A stretch of 64,000 bases of DNA. Origin: Candidatus Omnitrophota bacterium. Lineage in GTDB: Bacteria > Omnitrophota > Gorgyraeia > Zapsychrales > Zapsychraceae. The notes beneath the pieces were generated by a model. The model was not told the origin of the DNA, did not search any database, and was given only the letters and a program-made list of their open reading frames with translations. The DNA lies in assembly GCA_021108075.1 (NCBI GenBank), contig JAIORP010000206.1, forward strand, positions 831 through 64,830. The letters run 5' to 3'. The position numbers were made by a program, and so were the translations under genes. Positions 39,701 to 51,700 of the stretch are shown here, in pieces (the first letter of the stretch is position 1; each line of letters begins with the position of its first letter).

Positions 39701-42700
39701 GAACGCTTAATCTCTGGTCGGCTTGATAACCGATTTGATAGAGTTGTTTTGCTTTGAGGCGCACAACCTTTTCGTCGGCTGTTAAATTCACTAACCCTAA
39801 GATCGTTTGTTCCTGATCAACAGATGTCCGCGCGATAGCAGCAACGCCCTCAGCGACCTTCAACATTGTTTGTTTGGCCTGCGGAGCTAAAGCTTTAAGC
39901 AGCTTGCGTGAATGCAACATATCGATCAGATCCGGTGTCGGACCCTTAACTCTCATAATCTTATTCACCGCGTCCAATAGTGTTTCCGGGGCGCGGTGAA
40001 CGCTGCGCAATGTGGATGTTCTTTCGTATTCAGCCATATTATTAGAGGAAGCGAGGAAGTCTTTCACATCAAATCCAGGAACACCTTTAATCAGCATTAA
40101 GAGGGCGTAGATAGCGATATATTTTTCTTTCACGGCATTCTCTTCTTCTTGTATCGACATGGCCGTCATTATATCCCAAATCGTGGTATTTAGTTCATAG
40201 GCCTTTTGTGTCTTGTAAAGCTTGCTGCCGAATAAGGCTTCTGTGACTCTTGAGGCGGATTTACGGAGCGTCGAGACATTGTTGATGGAACGGTTACTGA
40301 TCAATGTGACACCGTATTTTGCCTTTGAATATTCTTGCCACAATTGAACCAATTGATCTTGCTTGCCTCCAAGCACGTCTTCACCTGAGCGAAGGGCGAT
40401 TCCATCATGCTGTCTTAAAAGGTTCAACATTGTGACGTCTGCGGCTCCGTTCAATTGATCCATAAACCTGGTTAATTCTTTTGCGTCGCCTTTGTAAAAG
40501 GAATACAGCAGCACGTTCGCAAGGGCGAAGTTATACAGCATTTGACCTTCACCATTATTTGTTCCACTGTATGATAAGGCGTCTTTATACGGCGCGTTGA
40601 TTTCCGGTAAGATCACGACCTCAGGAGCGACTTCATCAAGGATGGCTCTGAATAATTTAACCATCAGGTGGGATTTGTCATGATGAACGCTGGCGGTTCC
40701 TAATTCTTTCCACAGGTAAGGGATCGCATCGACTCTTAATATCTTTGTGCCATGGCTTAATAAGACGAACAGGACCTCGATCATCGCTAAGAGGACTTGT
40801 GGATTTCTCCAGTTGATGTCCACTTGTTGAGCGCTGAAGGTTGTCCAAACAAGCACGGTCGTTCCGTCAGCTAACCGGTATGGTGTTAATAACGGATGTG
40901 ATCGTGGACGAACAACTTCGTCGAAATCCTGTTTATTGACAACTTGACCATATTGATCCATGTATTCATTTTCAAATTCATAAACGTTCTGGCTGACTTC
41001 TTGTCCGTCCTGATCAAAGTAGTGGATTACTTCCTGGCCGTCTTCAACGCTTGCCTGTTGATAATATTTAGGAACATAGTAGATGAAATAATCTTTGTAT
41101 TCTTCAACATTATTTAAGAACGCGGTGAACCATGGATGGTCTGAAGCGATATGACCAACGATGAAATCTAACATCAATTTCATATCATGTTCGCGGACGA
41201 TCTTTTCAACCATTGCCCAGTCACCTTGTTTCGCGTCAACCCGGGTGTGATCTTTTGTTCCAAATCCTTCGTCGACTGAGTATGGGAACAAGCGTGGCAA
41301 AATGTGCAAAATTGTGAATGGCTGGCCAACTTTGCCTAAGGCATGCAAGAAGAAGTTAAGCGTTTCTAATGGATACTGATCTGTTGTATTCGTGAATGTG
41401 TCCGGATAGCTGATTAAAGTGACATCGTTTTCTGTTAAGGCAACATTGTCCGTTTGCCATTTCTTAATGGCTGAAGAGTATTGAGCGGTTAAGGCTTCCA
41501 ATTGAATCACAATATCAGCTGTTTGCTCCGCCCCATAAATGCGTCGGAGAATATGGCTGGTTCTATTTCGTCCTGAAAGACGGCCAGTCTTTTTAAATGT
41601 TTTCATTTCTGCTCGAACGAACCATGCGGAGAAGATAACTGCCGCGGCGCTGATAAGCGTGACCGCTCCAACTACAGCCCAAGGAGCAGTTGCCACCATG
41701 ACAGCTGTCGAAGCTGTTCCGGCAAAGTCAACGCTGGTTGGGATAAGCATAAGGATACTGACAGCGACAATAATTTTGATGAGCCGCGGAAGGATACGGC
41801 GTGTCTGTGGCGTTTCAGCGACCATATCTTGTTTACCATCGGTCATGGCCTTGTTGTCATCTGTCTCATCTATCTCAGCCTGCATGTGGCTTAAGACAAC
41901 CCAGAGGCTGACACCCGCGACAATAACGCCGATGATCATCGCGGCAACAATAACAATGCTGAACCATTGTACTGCCGCCGTTGTTGTCACAACGCTTAAT
42001 GTTTGATTCATTCCGGCACCAAAACTTTTAACCGGCAGCATCATCAAGGCTCCGATAATAATTGATGTTATCGTTGTGACCATTGTCTTGCGGCCGGAAC
42101 GAGCGGCGATTGCTGTCTGACGATCAATTTCTTGAACATCGCCGAATCTGGCCACGCTTAATTTATCATCCTGGACATTGTTAATGTGTGCCCTGTATTC
42201 AGATGGTGAGTAAGCTTTAATCTCCCGGGAGGTATCAGCGGCCGCTTCAACCAAAACAGCCAGGCGGACATCTTTATCTTTTAATGAAGCGGCAACAGCG
42301 TCTGTTCTGTCATTGATATCCCGTTGGACTTCCGCGTGGTCAATATCTTTGACGTCATCGTAATCATCACTATCTAAGTAATAATCATATTCAATGCTAG
42401 CCACAACGTTATCAGACACGGTTAATTGATCGAAGTCTGGATGGTTATCATAAGAGAATAAGTTGAATGGTGTTTCCAATAAACCAGCCTTGATCAATCG
42501 CTCAACAGGGGCCACCAACCGGTCGTGGGTTGCGACACGGATGATCGGCGCGTTCAAGCTGAAGGAATAACCGTCAAGGACTTGAGCAACCGCAATGATT
42601 TGCTCTGAGGTGTACTCAACTGTTCCCGTTGATAATCTTCGTAAGCTTAATTGAACAAGGATAGCTTCTCTTTCGCTGTGTTCAATCCTGTTCAATATTA

Positions 42701-45700
42701 AGGTCTGATGGACTTTTTCGTGTTCAAGCACAAAACTCCAAATCTGTTCAATAAGATCCATGGAGATGTCGGCTTTTTTCAGCGTCGGGACCACAACATC
42801 TTCGTAGGAAATGGTCACAATCGTGTCTGTGTCAATGTCATATGAAGCCACTGTCGCCGGTGGAGCTGTTCTGTTGAAGTTGATCACATCTTCCAGTGCT
42901 CTTATGGCTTGAGCATATTCTCTTAATATTCGGGCTGCTTCTGCCTGCCCGGCTTCTTCTAATGCCTTAACGATATTAAATAACTCTTGTGACATCATAT
43001 CTCTGCGGGTCTTGTTCGCTGAATGCTCAGCTGATGCTGCCGGGCCATAATCAACGGTCTTGCCGCTGATTGGTTTTGGTGTGCCGCTTAATCTCCAACC
43101 CGTGTTGTTATCGTTATAAATGATTTCTGCTTCAGTCACATATTCTTGCGCATCCATATCAATAACGCGCATCAAACCGTCAATAATGCCGGCATAGTTT
43201 CCGTCGCTTAACCGGATCATTAAATTGCCCTCATCGTCTTCCATGTCTGGAGTTGGATACTCAATCATGCCACCGTCAACATCAATTTGATATTCTGTAC
43301 CCATTGTGTCGGTTACAATAATTGTTCCGTCAATAAAGGAGACGTCCGTTCTGGTTTCGACATGTTGTCCATCAACAGCTAAGTGCTCGTCCTCTTCCAT
43401 GAAACAGATATCAACATAAGCTGCTAACGGGTTATAAATGTCTTTAGCCGTAAACAATTTATTCTTTCTCTGGGCTTGTTGAACAAACCAGTTCGTGACT
43501 GTTTTGCCATATCCGCTGAATTTGTACCCTTCAAAAATCTTGATGTCTGAACGGATAATCTCTCTTTCGTTTTCAGCGTAATTAACAAACCCGATTTTCT
43601 TATGTCCACGGTAAATGTCGAAGTAATCCGGATATTTTGCCTCATTGCTCCATTTCAAGGTCAACACTTCCTTTGTCGTTACGTGTGGAATGTGGGCCGT
43701 GCCGATTGATTCAGGTGTCTCGATCTTAGAGGATTGTTCTTTTGCCGGGGCTTCGGACACGGTCTTTTCATCTTGCGCGCGGGCCGTGACTTGTTCCATC
43801 AAAACTTGTTCTTCGCTTAATACCGGATAAGCGGCGTGAGTCGCTTCGTGTTCTTCCACAAAATTCCAAATTTCATGGGCTTTTTCTTCTGAATAACTCA
43901 TTTCCATCAAGGCCTTAACAGCTGCGGCGCGGGAGACATCAGCCTGATCGTCGACACTCAAGCTTTCATCACGTGCGACGACGAAGACGATTTGTTTGGT
44001 GACTTCATCATAATAAGCGACGCGATCAACCTTGAAGTGCGTTGCTAATTTTCGAATCGCTTCAGAATAAGCTCTTAACATCTTAGCGCCTCGCGCGTTA
44101 ACAGCTTGAATGTCAAAAGCGACCCTATCCATAATTGATGGCGTGATATGTTTGCGTCCGCGGTTGCCTTTGCGGCCTTTTTCCCTGGCTATCTTCTTGG
44201 CGCTCTTACGTTTTATTCTTGATGCTTTTACTTGCGCGCTTTCGATTGTCGCTTCAATGGCTTTGTTGGCCAGCGCCGGCGGCACGCTGAGGACTAATTT
44301 TACTGTCATTAATCTGTTCCATGATTCAACGTCACCCTGACTGATATTCAAGCTTACGACCTCTACCTTAGAATGTGCTTTTCTGATAGTGGCAAGAAAA
44401 TCAGCTATTGTTTGCGAGCGTTCACTCATTTGACGGATCACTGTGTAAATCTTTTCTTTGCGTTTAGATTTCTGAATTTCCCTTTTCCTCGCTTCCGGCG
44501 CTATCTTATCTGGAATATTTTGAATAATCGCAACCATCGCATGGATATCTTCCCGTGTCACCCCGCTCAACGTAGCGGTTAAACAGTTAATCATTTCAAC
44601 ATATCGTCCTCTCGCATCGAGTAAATTCGCTTGTGCCTGGTGGACCGTTGCCCCAGACTGGGCCATGATATTGAATACAAGGCTTAATAAATCTGGTCGA
44701 CTCTTATTTGACGAAACCGTTACCGTCCAGTTATCTGACTGAGCGATCTTCTTCACTTCTACTTTTAATGTCTTTGACATCGCGTCTAACAACATGTCGA
44801 GTGTGACCTGTCCTTTACCAAGGGCAACCACAAAATTCGTCATTTTGTCTCTCAGGTGCTTAATCAAGGCTGGTTTCAACTCATAAGATGTTTGGATAAA
44901 CTGTTCAATAAAAATACGGTAATGCATCTCGCCTAATACCAATAACGCGGCTTTCTGGTAATATTCACGCAAATGCGGTTCTTCTTTGGTTAATAATTTA
45001 AGCAGGTCATTATAATCTTTCATTCCTGGAATATTCGCCGACTTTGTTCGGGCGGCTTTACCCATTTCTTTAATAGCGCGTAACATATTGACTTCAATAT
45101 AATTTTCTGTCAGGCCATCGGTAATAAATGTTTCTAAAAATTCTTTCAACTGTTTAAAGCCAAATTCAAAGGCGTGAAAATCAATCTCTTCTGTTGAAAT
45201 AATATCTAATCCAACGGCCAGGTATAATTCATTAAGATCTTTGAGTCCTAAGCGCCTTCGAAGGTATCGTAAGAAGACTTCCTGAACAGCAATGTTTGTA
45301 ATGTTCTGATCCAGCTTCCTTTTGCCTTTCACGGTAACCAATCCGGGATTAGCGTTGAATTGACCGATGAGCCTCGTACGGATGTATTCGGAACCTTTGA
45401 CGATGGCAGCATATTGATGCCGTGTCATCCCGGTATATTCATCGGCACGGAAATAAACAACCATTCCATCCCTGACAAAATCATTCATTCCCGCTCTGCG
45501 CCCCACTTTGACATCCACATGATGTTTTGTCACTGTGAGGCGGGTTCTGTGCGCGACAGGGTATTGCGCAATTTTATTCATCCTCCAGATATCGACTTCT
45601 AACAGACCCGCAATGTCTATGACCCGTGTCTTCTTATCCAACGCGACTGGAATGAATTCACAATGACCTTCTTTGCGGTCCACGACCACTAAGACCGATG

Positions 45701-48700
45701 TCTGGTCTTTAAACGCACGGTTCGCAGCATTAAAGTCTTCAACAAATTTTTCCGTGAGCGGCAACTCAACAATATCGCTGAAATCCTGGTCTTCGAGTTC
45801 TTTATGTTCTTTGGTCGCCGCGTAGAGCCAGTGTTGATATTCCCTTGTCAGGTAATCATCATAATTTTTCTGATCCATAATGATAATCTCAACAAAATAT
45901 TTTCTGGATATATCCTCCAGGAAAACATGGTAGCCTTCATATTTACCCCATAAACGTTTGAGCGGCGTCTTGTATTTCATAAACTGACCTAAGTATTTGA
46001 GGTGAGCAAAACGTTGCTGGATATTTTGCATCCAAGACAAGACGGAACCAATGTTCGTTCCGGTTGGGACCACAATCATCATACCCAATTTATCCCGTGT
46101 TGATCTGATGGCTTCCGCGGCGCTGTATCCGCCTCTTTCAAACTTGTCTTCGATGCGTTGTTGCTTGTTGTAAAGGGAATAGCTGCTCTTCACGCGGGCC
46201 CGCATAAACATATGCAAATAGATATCATCTTTCAGTGCTTTTCTGATGCTTGATTTTTCTAATGATTCCAAGATATAGTCTTCAACCTTGATGCGGGTAT
46301 CTGCCAGGTGGCCCTCTGCCTCAGCGCGTGTGGCAAAGTGGATGGACTTCATTAACTTTCTTTCAAACTTTTCAACTTCTTTTGCCGTACGTTTCGCCTT
46401 GAATGTGCTTTCACGGATTTTACCGGCGATATCCCGGCGGCCAAGCCATTCAGCGATGAGCGCGTCTAAATGATTAGACTTGGTTGTCAAATATTCGATA
46501 TGTCGCAATTGCTCTTCATTCTTGTATTTAATGTTGGCTAAACCATCTAATAACTCGATCAAACGGGCAAAACGGAGCATCATGACTTCAGGGAAAGCCG
46601 CTGTCTTGATAAAAAATTTGATATAATTTTCAACCGTTTGTTTACCCTTGATACTTTTTCCTGATCGTTCCGGAATATCTGTAATCTTTCCTTTTCCCCG
46701 GTAATATTCAACCAGGTTCCAGAACTTCGGACCAAATTTGCTGGAGATTCTTTGTTGCTGAGTGAACGGTAACTTTTTGGCTCTTAATATCTGTGACCAG
46801 GCCTGATCAAACTTGCTTTCCGCAGAACCTTCGATCTCTAAAAATTCGATGAAGAAGTCAATATAAGATTCGAGAGTTTCAATGTCATAAGCATAACGGG
46901 CATCTGTGGTCGGTAAATAAGGCATATGCTTCATGAGATAATAACGCGCGACAAATGTCCAGACCTCCGGTCCAAAACGTTGCTCAATAAATTCCTGGTC
47001 ATTATCAAGATTACCGTAAAGTGTGAGCATGAAAGCCCAACCCGCGTCAACAGTGATTTGTTTGGCCCCAAAGCCGCGTAAAAGTTCTGTTAATTTTTCT
47101 GCTATATTGAAATGCTTATCTGATAGTTGACCCTCACAGCGCAATTCATCTCCGATGCGACGGCCTTTCTCTGTGTGCATGCCTAAAAGCATTTCAAAGG
47201 TATTCTTCATCGTGATACGATATTTTTCTTGATTGGCTAAGATTTCCATTGTGGCCTGGAAGACATCTTCATTCTTTGGATTCATCAGATAATCAACGGT
47301 TGCCGGGTAAGCCGCCTGGTCATCCATGCCTAAGACGTGCAGTTTTTCATGGCCTTCAATAACGCCTTTCATGAATAAGAGGATTTGACGTTTATCACGT
47401 TCCGTGAAATACGCGATCTGATCGATCATAAAGAGATGAATGTAAAGAATATTTTCAGATTTGTTATAGGCCGCGACCGTTCCCTTTGTATCGGCCTGGT
47501 CAGATGTGATGACAACCGGCGGTGCTTGTGCTAACCAAGGAGAGGCTTCAAAGAGATGATGAATCGCGCGCAATTGAACGCGGCTTAATTCGCCCCTGGG
47601 CATACGGACTTTTAAAATTTGCTTGCCTTTAAGTACGACTTGACCCCGTAAGGTCCCTTTATTGTATCGTCCGGTCATGTAAATCTCATGTGACAGGTCA
47701 TACGGAGCAGGATAGGTGTGGCGGCCGTCGTTACGCGCGGCTATGCGGCGTCTAATACCAAATCCATTAATAAATTGTTCTATTTTAATTCTGATATTCT
47801 CGCTAAATCGTCGAGAAAAGCAGAATTGATTTTGGTCATTATTTAATGGAATTGGTATAATCATCCGGACAATGCCACCGGTGACAAGCGTAACCATGGA
47901 CCCGAAGAACTGACGACGAGTCAGTCCTGCTGCGACTTGTCTTACTGCTGCCGGTTTTTCTTCTATATTTCCTTCGAGTCCGGCTCTGATCTCATTGAAC
48001 CATACGCTGCGTGGAACATTCAAGGCCCAGGCGATAGCTTTCATTTGATCCTGTTGATTGAGTTCTAAGGCGATGTTGGCGAGCACTTCCCCTGAGTCGT
48101 AATCCTCCGGCATACCGACTGTTTGGCGGGCTGTCCGACCGCTGATCCAGAGGCTTACAATCTTTTCCTGGAATTGACGTTCTGTGATTTTTCCACTCGT
48201 TAAGTCTTCCACTAAACGTGCGCCTTCCCAGGCAAGATATGTATCATCACGCATGAACCAGATGCTTTCGAAAATGTTGCCCATGACATTGAACGGATCA
48301 TATAAGCCTAAGATATGCGCGACATGATGACCTAATTCATGGCTCATATGAATATCCATCACAGCCGGCATGGCGATCGTTCTGTCAACTGACGAGTATG
48401 ATTGTTGACCTCTTCTGATTCTCAACGGCACTAACTTTGCTATAACTTCTTGAGCGATTTCTGTGTTTTGGTCAAACAACACGGTAACCACCTCTTCCAA
48501 TTTAGCCCTGACTTCGTCGACTGGAAGACCATTCAATACGGCCACCTTACTTAAGAGGCTTGCTGTTGTTTCCGGTGCTGTCGTATGAGTCATTGCGCGG
48601 ACCATATTGACGGCCCCAACAACAGCTGTCAGGACTAAACCTAAACCGGCGATAGCCAGGATGGCGACAACGATTGGCGCGATATTCACGCCCATCACGT

Positions 48701-51700
48701 TCGCAACGGCGATTAAGGCAAAACCAGAAGCAAAGGCGGATGACTGCAGCTTTGTTCCCCCGCGTTGTTCTTCTTCTTTCAATTTCTTGATTTGTCGCTT
48801 AACTTCTTCAATGTATTCTTCACGGGCTTCACGGTCACGGATGTAGTGGCCAGCACGTGGCTCTAATTCACGACGGACCTGGTATCCGGATTCTTGCAAT
48901 AAAGATCTGATTCCGTGATGATCCGCGCCGAAGAATATGATAACGCGTGTTTCGTTTTCTTTTCCTGTCTTTTCAGCATCCAGGAATAACCGGTCTAGGA
49001 CTGAGGTCAGCCATTTAGCTGATCGGACAGATCCTCTTCCATGGATACCGTAAACAATCGAGATCGTTTGATTAACAACGCGGCCTTGAGCTTTTTCAGC
49101 GTCAATTAAGGACAGCACATCTTGAGCCGCCTTAGCATCACGCATGTCAATGGAACGGTCCAAACGATCCGCTTTTTGATGCGCTGTTTCGTCACGCTCT
49201 GGCAAGTCTAAAATAATTTGTTCAAGCGGTTGTTGTTCGAGCTGCAGTTCTAAGTCATAGCCTTTCGATAGATCCATCATTTTGTTGGCTAAGAACTGTT
49301 CAAAGATTTCTGTAAAGGTGCTTGGTTGTCCGATCTTGCCTTCTGCCCAGGTGCGTTGAACAGCTTGCCAATCCGGCATACGGTTTGACATCTCGCGCAT
49401 GTATGGGATAAAGGCTTCTTGTTCGAATCGAGCGCGATAAGCGGCATCCTTAACGATGCGGTTAAATTTCCAACCTTTGAACATGCGTTCAAATTTCGCT
49501 CTAATCCGTTGATATGGTTCGTTACCGGCGACGATCGAGCTTTCAATAAAGAAGATCACCTTGCCCTTTGGTGCCTGTTCGCGTAGAGGTTGTGATTGGG
49601 CTCGTGAAGCGACCCATTTAACGAACGCATGAGGTGTTGATGTGATCATGACTGCCGTGACAAGCGCGAACATATTCAAGAAACGGCGACGTGGTTGTAC
49701 GGCTTGAGCTTCCGTTTGTTCCCGTCTTGCAGTTGTGGGTGAGCGTATGAAACGTGCGAGGTATCGACGGATACCGATCACAACAGCGAGCAGGCCACCA
49801 ACGGCGAATAATGTTGCCGCAATGGCTGTAAGTGCTGGATTAGCCGCTAACACACCGGCGATATATTCCGCTCCAAATACCCGGTACAATAATCCAGCGG
49901 TTACCAGCGTCACAATTGGATGCGTATAGAGTGTTGTGCTTCTTGAAGCAGGGCCTCGGTCATTGCGTGTCATTTCAATCACATCTGTTTCCGTCATATC
50001 CATCAGACGTGCGGCTGCTTGAGCATCAGATTTTTCTTCGGCCATTAATTGTGTGTATGCTTCTACCATCATGTGTTCAACGGTCGCTTCGTCTTTTTGA
50101 GCTCTTAAGCCTTTGAAAATCTTCTCAGCGATGACATCCGCTCTGAAGAGATCTTTAACGGTCTTCGCATTGACAACCAGGGTGTCGATATCTTTTGTCA
50201 CCCTGCTCATCATAGCGATGGAAAGTTCGATAACCACGCTATCAAAATCAGACGCGACGTCTTCCAGTGTGACATCTCTTAATTCTGGAAGAACCGCATA
50301 AATATCTGCTGTGATGTCTTGTTTTGTAATGATGCCGTATTTCAATCCGAAGATAATGTCTTCCACCGCGCCTTCAACGCTTTCAGCGGCTACGGCAATC
50401 TTGCCGGCTTTTGACAGGGCTTGAACGCATTGCGGTTTATTGATATCGAAATTCATGATGTCTGCCGCATCATTTTGATCAACACTGATACCGATGATGT
50501 TCCGTAAGATATTAACAATTTCCGCTTTAGCGTTAAACGCAATCTTAGCAAGTTGTTGACCGACATAACCGCGTAATGTGACGTGTCTGAATGGAACAGC
50601 TGAAAGATCATGAGTCAGGGCGATGAAAGCGGCATGCGTTGCTGACACATCGTATTGATCAGCAATGATCTTCGCTACCATGGCGGTGCGGATATCGTGG
50701 CCTGAGACATTGATGTCTGCCATATCTTTTCTTTCTAAATCATGTCCGATTCCTGTATGGCCGATGATATCGCTTAAACGGTTAAAGCGGGCGTGTTTGA
50801 TAACAGTGACGATAGCTTTAACGAAGCGGTCGACCCTTGTGAACGAGGCCAAAAGTTTGGCTGCCGTTGGGCTGAATTCAGATTCAATTGTTTGGGCGTC
50901 TGTTCTGAACGCGGCTAATCTTGTTCGTGTTGTTGGAATATTGTTCAGGACTTCGGCTAATCTTGCGTTCATCTTTTCGATCACTTGAGCGTCTTCTGAT
51001 TCCATTCCTCTTTGCGCCGCGGCAGTCGCCATCAGCATCCAGAGGAAAATGTAGTGGCTATAAACAGCCTGTTTCTCTGCCGCGCTGAATGCCTGGCCTG
51101 CTAAACGATATCCTTCAAGAAGATCATTAACGCGTTGGGCGATATCAGCCCCGAAGTAATTCCCTTCCCCGACACGGCCTGTTCCGGAAACAGCTGAGAA
51201 AACATCTTCAAAGCGATAGGTATAAAGGGTGTTATCCCAATCAAAGGCCGCGAGGATATTTCCCTGTTCGTCAAACTTCAAGTTACCGAAGTTCATATCT
51301 CTTGCGATATGCGCTTTCCTTAATATCTTAAGTTGTTGTCTGAACGCGTGAAGTTCAGCTATCGCGCTGTCAATGATGTCCTGATATTTCGCGTAAACAT
51401 CCCGGGTTGCTACGTGTTTCCAATTAAAACTTAAGACAGAATATAATTTTTCATCGATATCAAAATCGATCGGATCGACCGGGCTCTTCCCTTTATATTC
51501 AGAATATTGTGCTTCGAATCGATCGGACAACGCGTTAAGTTCTCCTAAGAATCGACCAAGGTTCCGGACCAGCACCGGAGTGGCGTCTTTTGTTGAAACA
51601 TCCATTCCTTCAACCCATTGTTCAACCATATAGAAACGTGTTTCGCCATTAGCGTTTCTCACAGCGGTATAATAGTTATCAATAATATCTTGATCTGTGC

